Under the pieces are notes generated by a model. That model ran no database searches and was not told the origin of the DNA. It worked only from the letters and a program-made list of their open reading frames with translations. This document shows positions 35,939-47,942 of a stretch of 64,000 nucleotides of DNA, piece after piece (positions within the stretch are counted from its first letter, which is position 1; each line of letters opens with the position of its first letter). Source of the stretch: Ranitomeya imitator (Eukaryota); assembly GCF_032444005.1 (NCBI RefSeq), contig NC_091283.1, positions 372,062,001-372,126,000 on the forward strand, read 5' to 3'. The translations under genes and the position numbers were made by a program.

Positions 35939-38900
35939 CTAGGTGTCAGCCGGGCAGGGTGGGGCAAAAGATTTTGAAATCCAGTTGTGGTTCATTTTAA
36001 TGAAGGTTAGATCATCTACATTTTGGGTAGCCAGACGAGTCCTTTTTTCTGTTAGTATTGAACCTGCAGCACTGAATACTCTTTCTGATAGGACACTAGC
36101 TGCCGGGCAAGCAAGCTCCTGCAATGCATATTCTGCCAATTCTGGCCAGGTGTCTAATTTGGATGCCCAGTAATCAAATGGGAATGACGGTTGAGGGAGA
36201 ACGTCGATAAGGGATGAAAAATAGTTTGTAACCATACTGGACAAATGTTGTCTCCTGTCACTTTGAATTGATGCTGCAGTACCTGTCCTGTCTGCGGTCA
36301 TAGAAAAATCACTCCACAACCTGGTCAGAAAACCCCTCTGTCCAACGCCACTTCTGATTTCTGCCCCTCTAACACCTCTGGTCTGCTGGCCCCTGGAGCT
36401 CGTGTGAGAACGATCACGGGCGCTGTGTGCAGGGAATGCCAGAAGCAAACGGTCAACAAGAGTTGATTGTTTTGTTGCTAATATTAGTTCCAAGTTCTCA
36501 TGTGGCATAATATTTTGCAATTTGCCTTTATAGCGAGGATCAAGGAGGCAGGCCAACCAGTAATCGTCATCGTTCATCATTTTTGTAATGCGTGTGTCCC
36601 TTTTGAGGATACGCAAGGCATAATCCGCCATGTGGGCCAAAGTTCCCGTTGTCAAATCTGCGGTTGTGCTTGGTTGAGGGGCAGTTGCAGGCAAATCTAC
36701 GTCACTTGTGTCCCTCAAAAAACCAGAACCCGGCCTTGCCACGCCACCAATTTCCCGTGCCCCCGGGAAAGCTTCCTCATTAAAAATATACTCATCCCCA
36801 TCATCCTCCTCATCCTCCACCTCCTCTTCGCCCGGTACCTCGTCATGTACACTGCCCTGACCAGACAATCGCTGACTGTCATCAAGGCTTTCCTCTTCCT
36901 CTGGTGCAGACGCCTGATCCTTTATGTGCGTCAAACTTTGCATCAGCAGACGCATTAGGGGGATGCTCATGCTTATTATGGCGTTGTCTGCACTAACCAG
37001 CCGTGTGCATTCCTCAAAACACTGAAGGACTTGACACATGTCTTGAATCTTCGACCACTGCACACCTGACAACTCCATGTCTGCCATCCTACTGCCTGCC
37101 CGTGTATGTGTATCCTCCCACAAAAACATAACAGCCCGCCTCTGTTCGCACAGTCTCTGAAGCATGTGCAGTGTTGAGTTCCACCTTGTTGCAACGTCTA
37201 TGATTAGGCGATGCTGGGGAAGGTTCAAAGAACGCTGATAGGTCTGCATACGGCTGGAGTGTACAGGCGAACGGCGGATATGTGCGCAAAGTCCACGCAC
37301 TTTGAGGAGCAGGTCGGATAACCCCGGATAACTTTTCAGGAAGCACTGCACCACCAGGTTTAAGGTGTGAGCCAGGCAAGGAATGTGTTTCAGTTGGGAA
37401 AGGGAGATGGCAGCCATGAAATTCCTTCCGTTATCACTCACTACCTTGCCTGCCTCAAGATCTACAGTGCCCAGCCACGACTGCGTTTCTTGCTGCAAGA
37501 ACTCGGACAGAACTTCCGCGGTGTGTCTATTGTCGCCCAAACACTTCATAGCCAATACAGCCTGCTGACGTATGCCAGTAGCTGCCCCATAATGGGAGAC
37601 CTGGTGTGCAACAGTGGCAGGTGCGGATGGAGTGTTTGTGCGACTGCGGTCTGTGGACGAGCTCTTGCTTCTGCAGGAGGACGAGGAGGAGGAGGAGGAG
37701 GGGGTGCGAACGGCTACAGACAACTGTTTACTAGACCGTGGGCTAGGCAGAACTGTCCCAAACTTGCTGTCCCCTGTGGACCCTGAATCCACCACATTTA
37801 CCCAGTGTGCCGTGATGGACACGTAACGTCCCTGGCCATGCCTACTGGTCCATGCATCTGTTGTCAGGTGCACCTTTGTGCTCACAGATTGCCTGAGTGC
37901 ATGGACGATGCGCTCTTTAACATGCTGGTGGAGGGCTGGGATGGCTTTTCTGGAAAAAAAGTGTCGACTGGGTAGCTCGTAGCGTGGTACAGCGTAGTCC
38001 ATCAGGTCTTTGAAAGCTTCGCTTTCAACTAACCGGTAGGGCATCATCTCTAACGAGATTAGTCTAGCTATGTGGGCGTTCAAACCCTGTGTACGCGGAT
38101 GCGAGGCTAAGTATTTCCTTTTTCTAACCATAGTCTCATGTAGGGTGAGCTGGACTGGAGAGCTGGAGATCGTGGAACTAGCGGGGGTGCCGGTGGACAT
38201 GGCAGACTGAGAGACGGTGGGAGATGGTATTGTTGCCGCCGGTGCCCTAGATGCAGTGTTTCCTACTACGAAACTGGTGATTCCCTGACCCTGACTGCTT
38301 TGGCCTGGCAAAGATACCTGCACAGATACAGCAGGTGGTGCGCTAAATGGTGGTCCTACACTGCCGGAAGGGATGTTGCGTTGATGACTAGCTTCATTGG
38401 CCGAGGGTGCAACAACCTTAAGGGACGTTTGGTAGTTAGTCCAAGCTTTCAAATGCATGGTGGTTAAATGTCTATGCATGCAACTAGTATTGAGACTTTT
38501 CAGATTCTGACCTCTGCTTAAGGAAGTAGAACATTTTTGACAGATGACTTTGCGCTGATCAATTGGATGTTGTTTAAAAAAATGCCAGACTGCACTCTTT
38601 CTAGCATCGGATACCTTTTCAGGCATTGCAGACTGAGCTTTAACCGGATGGCCACGCTGTCCTCCACCAGGTTTTGGCTTTGCCACGCGTTTTGGGCAAG
38701 ATACGGGCCCGGCAGATGGAACCTGTGGCGATGTTGATGCCTGCTGCGGCCCCTCCTCCTCCTCTGCTTCAGAACTGCTGCCGCCTGCACCCTGTTCCCC
38801 CAATGGCTGCCAATCGGGGTCAAGAACTGGGTCATCTAATAACTCTTCTTGTACCTCCTGCGCAACTTCGTCTGTGTCACCGTGTCGTTCGGTGGTATAG

Positions 38901-39514
38901 CGTTCGTGATGGGGCAACATAGTCTCATCAGGGTCTGATTCTTGATCAGCACCCTGCGAGGGCAATGTTGTGGTCTGAGTCAAAGGACCAGCATAGTAGT
39001 CTGGCTGTGGCTGTGCGTCAGTGCACTCCATGTCAGATTCAATTTGTAATGGGCATGGACTGTTAACTGCTTCACTTTCTAAGCCAGGGACGGTATGTGT
39101 AAAGAGCTCCATGGAGTAACCCGTTGTGTCGCCTGCTGCATTCTTCTCTGTTGTTGTTTTTGCTGAAGAGGACAAGGAAGTGACTTGTCCCTGACCGTGA
39201 ACATCCACTAACGACGCGCTGCTTTTACTTTTACCAGTTTCACGAGATGAGGCAAAAGAGCTAGAGGCTGAGTCAGCAAGATAAGCCAAAACTTGCTCTT
39301 GCTGCTCCGGCTTTAAAAGCGGTTTTCCTAATCCCAGAAAAGGGAGCGTTCGAGGCCTTGTGTAGCCGGACGACGAACCTGGCTCCACAGCTCCAGACTT
39401 AGGTGCAATATTTTTTCCCCCACGACCACCTGATGCTCCACCACTACCACTACCCTCATTACCAGCTGACAATGAACGCCCCCGGCCACGACCTCTTCCA
39501 CTAGACTTCCTCAT
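35939..39514 (-). CDS. hAT transposase with BED zinc finger (ZBED-like), 1191 aa, intronless
   Basis: BED finger SAVWHFF...VICQKC...MHRHLTTMH. Catalytic motifs HLTTDAWTS, VVSDNGRN, CLAHTLNL (CxxH), TRWNST, and C-terminal dimerization region CPAASVLSERVFSAAG...RL. Confidence 0.95.
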   Translation of the reverse strand: MRKSSGRGRGRGRSLSAGNEGSGSGGASGGRGGKNIAPKSGAVEPGSSSGYTRPRTLPFLGLGKPLLKPEQQEQVLAYLADSASSSFASSRETGKSKSSASLVDVHGQGQVTSLSSSAKTTTEKNAAGDTTGYSMELFTHTVPGLESEAVNSPCPLQIESDMECTDAQPQPDYYAGPLTQTTTLPSQGADQESDPDETMLPHHERYTTERHGDTDEVAQEVQEELLDDPVLDPDWQPLGEQGAGGSSSEAEEEEGPQQASTSPQVPSAGPVSCPKRVAKPKPGGGQRGHPVKAQSAMPEKVSDARKSAVWHFFKQHPIDQRKVICQKCSTSLSRGQNLKSLNTSCMHRHLTTMHLKAWTNYQTSLKVVAPSANEASHQRNIPSGSVGPPFSAPPAVSVQVSLPGQSSQGQGITSFVVGNTASRAPAATIPSPTVSQSAMSTGTPASSTISSSPVQLTLHETMVRKRKYLASHPRTQGLNAHIARLISLEMMPYRLVESEAFKDLMDYAVPRYELPSRHFFSRKAIPALHQHVKERIVHALRQSVSTKVHLTTDAWTSRHGQGRYVSITAHWVNVVDSGSTGDSKFGTVLPSPRSSKQLSVAVRTPSSSSSSSSCRSKSSSTDRSRTNTPSAPATVAHQVSHYGAATGIRQQAVLAMKCLGDNRHTAEVLSEFLQQETQSWLGTVDLEAGKVVSDNGRNFMAAISLSQLKHIPCLAHTLNLVVQCFLKSYPGLSDLLLKVRGLCAHIRRSPVHSSRMQTYQRSLNLPQHRLIIDVATRWNSTLHMLQRLCEQRRAVMFLWEDTHTRAGSRMADMELSGVQWSKIQDMCQVLQCFEECTRLVSADNAIISMSIPLMRLLMQSLTHIKDQASAPEEEESLDDSQRLSGQGSVHDEVPGEEEVEDEEDDGDEYIFNEEAFPGAREIGGVARPGSGFLRDTSDVDLPATAPQPSTTADLTTGTLAHMADYALRILKRDTRITKMMNDDDYWLACLLDPRYKGKLQNIMPHENLELILATKQSTLVDRLLLAFPAHSARDRSHTSSRGQQTRGVRGAEIRSGVGQRGFLTRLWSDFSMTADRTGTAASIQSDRRQHLSSMVTNYFSSLIDVLPQPSFPFDYWASKLDTWPELAEYALQELACPAASVLSERVFSAAGSILTEKRTRLATQNVDDLTFIKMNHNWISKSFAPPCPADT

Positions 39515-39779
39515 TGTTTTAAAAACGTAACCAAACTAACGTTATTTGTTGCAGTCACACAACTTACACGGTGAGCTATAACTTCAGTATGATTTAGCTA
39601 CCCCTTTACAGGTTGGTGAGACCACAGCGAAAATCAGGCCCAATGTTACACACTCTTTTTTTGGTGGCTGCAAATTAGAGAGATGCCCCACACGCAGGAC
39701 TGTCACTGAAGCACAAATGTTAATATTAATGTCACACTATTATTTTTTTTTAATTTTTATTTTTTTCAGGAACACTTTA

Positions 39780-40098
39780 GAAACCCCCCAAAAAAAAAAA
39801 AATAGATTTTTGCAGGGAGAATTTAGAAAACAAATGTAACAAACTATATGCTTTCTATGGGCCACTGAGTGAGAGATGACGCACACAGGAATCAGGAGTG
39901 GCACACAAGCCCAGAGGCCAATATTTTTCTACCAATGATTGATGGAGTTATTTTCTCTGGTAGATTTTGGAACCCAAATCAAGGAAAAAAAATGTAGGCT
40001 TTCTATGGACCACAATTGGAGAGAGAGAGAGAGAGAGATGGCACACCCAGGAGTCAAGACTGGCACACAAGCAGAAAGGCCAATATTAATCTCCCACT

Positions 40099-40130
<32 letters not shown>

Positions 40131-40421
40131 CAGGGAGACTTTAGAAAAAAAAATAATAAAAAAAATATGATTTTATCAGGAAGAATTTAGAAACCAAATA
40201 AAATAAAATGATTTTTTCAGGGAGAATTTATAAAACAAATAAAAACAAAAATAGGCGTTCTATGGCCCACTGACTGAGAGATGACGCACACAGGAGTCAG
40301 GAGTGGCACACAAACCCAGAGGCCAATATTTTTCTACCAATGATTGATGTAGTTATTTTCTCTGGTAGATTTTAGAACCCAAATCAAGGAAAAAAAATAT
40401 AGGCTTTCTATGGACCACAAT

Positions 40422-40470
<49 letters not shown>

Positions 40471-41321
40471 CACCCAGGAGTCAAGACTGGCACACAAGCA
40501 GAAAGGCCAATATTAATCTCCCACTGTTTTTTTTGGTTGTTTTTTTTTTTTTTTTTTTCAGGGAGACTTTAGAAAAAAAAATAATAAAAAAAATATGATT
40601 TTATCAGGAAGAATTTAGAAACCAAATAAAATAAAATGATTTTTTCAGGGAGAATTTATAAAACAAATAAAACCAAAAATAGGCGTTCTATGGCCCACTG
40701 ACTGAGAGATGACGCACCCAGGAGTCAAGACTGGCACACAAGCAGAAAGGCCAATATTAATCTCCCACTGTTTTTTTTGGTTGTTTTTTTTTTTTTTTTT
40801 TCAGGGAGACTTTAGAAAAAAAAATAATAAAAAAAATATGATTTTATCAGGAAGAATTTAGAAACCAAATAAAATAAAATGATTTTTTCAGGGAGAATTT
40901 ATAAAACAAATAAAACCAAAAATAGGCGTTCTATGGCCCACTGACTGAGAGATGACGCACCCAGGAGTCAAGACTGGCACACAAGCAGAAAGGCCAATAT
41001 TAATCTCCCACTGTTTTTTTTTTTTTTTTTCAGGGAGACTTTAGAAAAAAAAATAATAAAAAAAATATGATTTTATCAGGAAGAATTTAGAAACCAAATA
41101 AAATAAAATGATTTTTTCAGGGAGAATTTAGAAAACAAATAAAACCAAAAATAGGCGTTCTATGGCCCACTGACTGAGAGATGACGCACACAGGAGTCAG
41201 GAGTGGCACACAAACCCAGAGGCCAATATTTTTCTACCAATGATTGATGTAGTTATTTTCTCTGGTAGATTTTAGAACCCAAATCAAGGAAAAAAAATAT
41301 AGGCTTTCTATGGACCACAAT

Positions 41322-41372
<51 letters not shown>

Positions 41373-43330
41373 CACCCAGGAGTCAAGACTGGCACACAAG
41401 CAGAAAGGCCAATATTAATCTCCCACTGTTTTTTTGGTTGTTTTTTTTTTTTTTTTTTCAGGGAGACTTTAGAAATAAAAATAATAAAAAAAATATGATT
41501 TTATCAGGAAGAATTTAGAAACCAAATAAAATAAAATGATTTTTTCAGGGAGAATTTAGAAAACAAATAAAACCAAAAATATGCGTTCTATGGCCCACTG
41601 ACTGAGAGAGAGAGAGAGATGGAACGCTTAGTACTGGCACACAAGCCCAAAGGGCAATATTAATCTCCCTTTTTTTTTCCAGGGAGAATTTCTGAAACCC
41701 AAAAAAAAAATAAAATAGGCTTTCTATGGCCCACTATTTGTGAGAGAGATGGGACGCTCAGGACTGGCACAGATGGCACGCTCAGGACTGGCACAGAAGC
41801 CCAGAGGCCAATATTAATCTCCCTTTTTTTCTGGGAGAATTTATAAAACCAAAAAAATATTTAAATAGGCTTTCTATGGCCCACTATTTGTGAGAGAGAT
41901 GGCACGCTCAGGACTGGCACAGATGGCACGCTCACAACTGGCACACAAGCCCAGAGGCCAATATTAATCTCCCTTTTTTCAGGGAGAATTTCTAAAACCC
42001 AAAAAAAAAATAAAATAGGCTTTCTATGGCCCACTATTTGTGAGAGAGATGGGACGCTCAGGACTGGCACAGATGGCACGCTCAGGACTGGCACAGAAGC
42101 CCAGAGGCCAATATTAATCTCCCTTTTTTTCTGGGAGAATTTATAAAACCAAAAAAATATTTAAATAGGCTTTCTATGGCCCACTATTTGTGAGAGAGAT
42201 GGCACGCTCAGGACTGGCACAGATGGCACGCTCACAACTGGCACACAAGCCCAGAGGCCAATATTAATCTCCCTTTTTTCAGGGAAAATTGATAAAACAA
42301 AAAAAAAAATTAAATAGGCTTTCTATGGCCCACTATTTGTGAGAGAGATGGCACGCTCAGGGCTGGCTGGCACAGATGGCACGCTCAGGACTGGCACACA
42401 AGCCCAGAGGCCAATATTAATCTCCCTTTTTTTCTGGGAGAATTTATAAAACCAAAAAAATATTTAAATAGGCTTTCTATGGCCCACTATTTGTGAGAGA
42501 GATGGCACGCTCAGGACTGGCACAGATGGCACGCTCACAACTGGCACACAAGCCCAGAGGCCAATATTAATCTCCCTTTTTTCAGGGAAAATTGATAAAA
42601 CAAAAAAAAAAATTAAATAGGCTTTCTATGGCCCACTATTTGTGAGAGAGATGGCACGCTCAGGGCTGGCTGGCACAGATGGCACGCTCAGGACTGGCAC
42701 ACAAGCCCAGAGGCCAATATTAATCTCCCTTTTTTTCTGGGAGAATTTATAAAACCAAAAAAATATTTAAATAGGCTTTCTATGGCCCACTATTTGTGAG
42801 AGAGATGGCACGCTCAGGACTGGCACAGATGGCACGCTCACAACTGGCACACAAGCCCAGAGGCCAATATTAATCTCCCTTTTTTCAGGGAAAATTTATA
42901 AAACAAAAAAAAAAATTAAATAGGCTTTCTATGGCCCACTATTTGTGAGAGAGATGGCACGCTCAGGGCTGGCACAGATGGCACGCTCAGGACTGGCACA
43001 CAAGCCCAGAGGCCAATATTAATCTCCCTTTTTTTCAGGGAGAATTTATAAAACCAAAAAAAAAAATAAATAGGCTTTCTATGGCCCACTATTTGTGAGA
43101 GAGATGGCACACTCAGGACTGGCACACAAGCCCAAAGGCCAATATTAATCTCCCACTGTATTTTTATCAGGGAGAATTTATACACCCCACAAAAAAAAAT
43201 ACAGAAAAATGAAAAGGCTTTCTATGGCCCACTATGTGAGAGAGATGGCACACACAGGGATGGCACTCTAGCAGAAATGCCAAATTGCCAATCTTAATCT
43301 CCCACCAAAAAAAAAAAAAAAAAAAAAACA
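39780..43330. repeat. Composite A/T-tract-rich tandem repeats in the hAT right arm (about 150-bp units distally; larger units with (GA)n and poly-T proximally)
   Basis: ctatggcccact recurs at 41724, 41874, 42024, 42174, 42323, 42477, 42626, 42780, 42929 and 43079. (GA)n runs at about 40425 and 41325. Confidence 0.9.
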
Positions 43331-45043
43331 GGGAATGTCCTACAATTACTATCTCCCTGCCTGCAGTAATCTCAGCCAGGTATGGCAGGCAGCTACTATC
43401 TCCCTGCCTGCAGTAATCTCAGCCAGGTATGGCAGGCAGCAATAAGGAGTGGACTGATGCACAAATGAAATAAAAAGTGTGGACAAACAAAAAAGATAGC
43501 TGTGCAGAAAGGAAGGAACAAGAGGATTTGTGCTTTGAAAAAAGCAGTTGGTTTGCACAGCGGCGTACACACAGCAATGCAGCTATCAGGGAGCCTTCTA
43601 GGGCAGCCCAATGAGCTACAGCGCTGAGGGGAAAAAAAAAAAAAAAAAAACTTCCACTGTCCCTGCACACCGAGGGTGGTGTTGGACAGTGCAAATCGCT
43701 GCAGCACAAGCGGTTTTGTGGTTAATGGACCCTGCCTAACGCTATCCCTGCTTCTGACAAAGCGGCAGCAACCTCTCCCTAAGCTCAGATCAGCAGCAGT
43801 AAGATGGCGGTCGGCGGGAACGCCTCTTTATAGCCCCTGTGACGTCGCAGACAGCAAGCCAATCACTGCAATGCCCTTCTCTAAGATGGTGGGGACCAGG
43901 ACCTATGTCATCACGCTGCCCACACTCTGCGTTTACCTTCATTGGCTGAGAAATGGCGCTTTTCGCGTCATTGAAACGCGACTTTGGCGCGAAAGTCGCG
44001 TACCGCATGGCCGACCCCGCACAGGGGTCGGATCGGGTTTCATGAAACCCCGACTTAGCCAAAAGTCGGCGACTTTTGAAAATGTTCGACCCGTTTCGCT
44101 CAACCCTAATTACAATTAAACTTTCATATAATATAGATTCATTATCCACCAACTGAAATTTGTCAGGTCTTTTATTGTTTTAATACTGATGATTTTGGCA
44201 TACAACTCCTGATAACCCAAAAAACCTGTCTCAATAAATTAGCATATTTCACCCATCCAATCAAATCAAAGTGTTTTTTAATAACAAACAAAAAAACCAA
44301 CAAATAATAATGTTCAGTTATGCACTCAATACTTGGTCGGGAATCCTTTGGCAGAAATGACTGCTTCAATGCGGCGTGGCATGGAGGCAATCAACCTGTG
44401 ACACTGCTGAGATGTTATGGAGGCCCAGGATGCTTCAATAGCGGCCTTAAGCTCATCCAGAGTGTTGGGTCTTGCGTCTCTCAACTTTCTCTTCACAATA
44501 TCCCACAGATTCTCTATGGGGTTCAGGTCAGGAGAGTTGGCAGGCCAATTGAGCACAGTAATACCATGGTCAGTAAACCATTTACCAGTGGTTTTGGCAC
44601 TGTGAGCAGGTGCCAGGTCGTGCTGAAAAATGAAATCTTCATCTCCATAAAGCATTTCAGCCGATGGAAGCATGAAGTGCTCCAAAATCTCCTGATAGCT
44701 AGCTGCATTGACCCTGCCCTTGATGAAACACAGTGGACCAACACCAGCAGCTGACATGGCACCCCACACCATCACTGACTGTGGGTACTTGACACTGGAC
44801 TTCAGGCATTTTGGCATTTCCTTCTCCCCAGTCTTCCTCCAGACTCTGGCACCTTGATTTCCGAATGACATGCAAAATTTGCTTTCATCAGAAAAAAGTA
44901 CTTGGGACCACTTAGCAACAGTCCAGTGCTGCTTCTCTGTAGCCCAGATATAAATTTCACCGCACTCTCAAAGGGAATATAATGCCAAATTTTTAACAAA
45001 TTTATTAAATGTGTTCAGGGAGCATAACAGAATATTTCAAAAA

Positions 45044-45091
45044 AGCGATAAGAGACGTTTCGGCTCCACCAGAGCCTTCATCATAATCGCT
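45044..45091 (-). ncRNA. Hammerhead-like motif in the PLE-B 3' terminal repeat (C3 to A)
   Basis: agcga-tt-ATGATGA-A-GGCTC-tggtg-GAGCC-GAAACGT-ctctta-tcgct on the minus strand. Confidence 0.55.
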
Positions 45092-46155
45092 GTAGACGAT
45101 AAAGAAAATAACCAAAATAAGAAAGAAACAAAATGTAACACAAAACAATCAATGCATGGTAGATCCTTATATCCATAAGAGTCCCCAGAGGTCCAGGTCA
45201 TCCTAATTGGAAATAGATCAATGAGCATATGTACAACTATTTACAAATATATACAAATATATGCACACATCGAGGGACTCCCTATACAGTACATTAGGGA
45301 CTGGTATAATTAAAATAATAACAACATATTGTTACCTTGTTTGGAGAGTTTAGTGCGTATAGGGAGAATAGGGATAGGGATCCCAGTGATGCTGCAGAGA
45401 ATAGGAGAAGTACATTAGTACGTATGTACTGAAGAGAGGAGCCAGGGAAGAGAAGAGGTTAAGTAGGGGGTAGATACCTATATTTACGTAATGCCCAGGC
45501 GTATCTGCGCAATGTAGGGACAACTTTGGATCTGTAATGGCAGACATGTTTAATGTAAGTGAATATATAAAAAGAAGAAAGTGCTGGGTTGGTGGAAGTA
45601 TAAAGTCGCCATGGTATTTACCTTAATGGAGGAAGGAGGTAGCGGCGCTCCCGTGCCTAGCTGCAGTGTTAGCTGTCAGTATGGCTGTTGTACAGCATTT
45701 TTAAAGCACTGCAGAGCGCGAAACCGGAAGTGGCTGGTCCGAAACCGGAAGTGGCTGGTCCGAAACCAGAAGTGGCTGGTCCGAAACCAGAAGTGACGTT
45801 TCTCTGAGTGTGGGGACTGACTGAGCATGTGCTGGCTGTAGCCATGGAGATAGGAACGCCATACAGGAGCTAGGAGAGGCCGTAGAGGCAACGGTGTGGA
45901 GTGAAAGGCATAGGAATGGACTGAACATAGAGCGGAAGTCCCGCCCTGTTAAACTGTGTGTATATGTATATTGGCTATGGCAGAGCAAGCAGGAAATGTT
46001 AGTGAGGGCTGTAAGGAGGGCTGTATGGTATACAGTGGGTGATAGAGTGCTGTAGACTGGGCAGAGATTATGAGGATAATCAAAAATAGAGATAGGGAAA
46101 AAAATAATATACACATATTGTAGTGGTCGATCTTACAGAGGAAAAAAAAATAAAA

Positions 46156-46202
<47 letters not shown>

Positions 46203-46303
46203 CCCAAAGGTCATGGAACAAGAGTAAAAAGAGTACAAACTCACCTAGGATCGTGGTATGCTAGCGAGTCTGGAAAAAATGGAAAAAATATTAGTAAAGA
46301 TGT

Positions 46304-47871
46304 TCATAGGAGCCAGTCCACTTCTCTATTAAGGCCCTTTGGTGTCATTGTATCCAACTTGTGGATCCAATATGTTTCCCGTGATTTGAGTAGCCTAATG
46401 TGGTCCCCACCTCTTCTGGGGCGAGGAACATGTTCGATGATTTGAAATTTTAACTGGGCCACTGTGTGTCTGGATTTGATGAAGTGGTCTGGCAGGGGTA
46501 GCCAGGTCTTGCCACACCTAATTGTCGATTTGTGGCTAGCGATTCGATCTTTAATCCGTTGTGTGGTTTCCCCCACATATAGGAGGCCACAAGGACACTT
46601 CACTAGGTATACCACAAAGTTTGAATTGCAAGTAAAAAAATCTTTGATTGGGTAGGACCGTCCAGTCCTCGGGTGGGTGATGTTTTCTGACCTAATCACA
46701 TTCGAACAGGCAGCGCAACTGAGGCAGGGGAATGTACCGTTACGGCGGGAAGACAGAAGTTTGTGTGTGGTATTGGGGCGTGTACTCCCTATATCGGCTC
46801 TCACTAATTTGTCTTTGATATTGGGTGGTCTTTTTGTACACATTAGTACTGGTTCCCCAAAGGTCTTGATGTCAGGATAGGCCTTGGACAGGAGCGGCCA
46901 GTGTTTTCTGATGATGGAATGTACTTTGGGTATGAGCGGGTGATAGGTATGTACGAACAGAACTCTCTCAACTGTGTGTCTTGGTGGAGAGGGAGACTGT
47001 GGTGTTAAGGCATGTGTTTTCTCTTCCTGTAGCAACCGATTGGGGTAGTGTCTTTGTTGGAACTTCTGAGCCACTGTGCTTAATCTGTCCTTGCGAATTA
47101 TTGGATCAGAGACAATACGTGACACCCTGTTAAACTGCGAACGCGGTAGACTGTTTTTCATAGATCTTGGGTGGCAGCTGGTATAGTGGAGTAGGCTGTT
47201 GCAGTCCGTTGGTTTGCAATATAGGTCTGTAGTGAGATGTCCCTGAAAATCCAGAAGAACTCTAGTGTCTAAGAATGGTACAGATTTTTTGTCATGGTGG
47301 ATGGTAAATTGGAGCTCAGGGAGGATGGAATTGAGTTGGGAATGAAAAGACATCAGTAGTTCAGTTGTGCCTGTCCAAATGAAAAATATATCATCAATGT
47401 ACCAGTGATAGCTTAGAATATGTTGCCGAAAGAGGTCATTGGTGTACATATGCGTGATTTCGAAGAAATTCATGAAGGCATTGGCATACGCGGGCGCAAC
47501 GTTCGAGCCCATTGCTGTGCCGCATCTCTGGACATAGAATGTGTCTCCCGAAAGAAAGTAGTTCTCGTAAAGTACTATGTGTAGAAGGTCAAGACAGAAC
47601 TGGATGGCGTTACTGGACATGTTAGATAGTTGCAATAGGTACTTAGTGGCTTCCATGCCCTTACTGTGTTGGATTGAAGTGTAGAGGCTGTTGACGTCTA
47701 GTGTAACTAGGGTACTGCCAGGGGGTACTGAGTCTAGTTGTCTAATGGTACTAAGAAAATGTCCGGTGTCCAAAAGGAAGGATTGAGTATTTTTGATGAG
47801 TGGCGTCAGGATTTTCTCAAGGAAAGTGGAGAGGGGAGATAATATGGAATCAGTTGAAGCTACAATAGGCC
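46304..47871 (-). CDS. PLE-B RT plus GIY-YIG ORF, truncated at the RT RPIV motif
   Basis: Open from RPIVASTDSILSP through TLDVNSLYT, GTAMGSNVAPAYANAF, YIDD, CLSCAAC, VVYLVKCPCGLLYVGET, to GLNREVDWLL*. Confidence 0.9.
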
Positions 47872-47894
47872 TGGTTATTTTCTTTATCGTCTAC

Positions 47895-47942
47895 AGCGAG
47901 TATGATGAAGGCTCTGGTGGAGCCGAAACGTCTCTTATCGCT
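47895..47942 (+). ncRNA. Inverted duplicate of the PLE-B hammerhead-like motif
   Basis: Same motif on the plus strand within the inverted terminal copy, with one base difference. Confidence 0.55.

Larger units (their letters stand above)
28030..44108 (-). mobile_element. Giant (16,079 bp) hAT transposon with an intact transposase ORF and internal satellites
   Basis: 13-bp TIRs TAGAGTTGAGCGA / TCGCTCAACCCTA (one mismatch). Perfect 8-bp TSD ATTACAAT at 28022-28029 and 44109-44116. ccgact...agtcgg subterminal palindromes at both ends. Confidence 0.95.

Noticed and set aside
43676-44152. Overlapping 147-aa and 120-aa ORFs at the hAT right end
   Set aside because: GC-rich subterminal sequence with few stops. 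No homology is apparent, and one ORF crosses the TIR/TSD junction.
46150-46200. (AT)n microsatellite
   Set aside because: An ordinary simple repeat inside the PLE-B 3' UTR.
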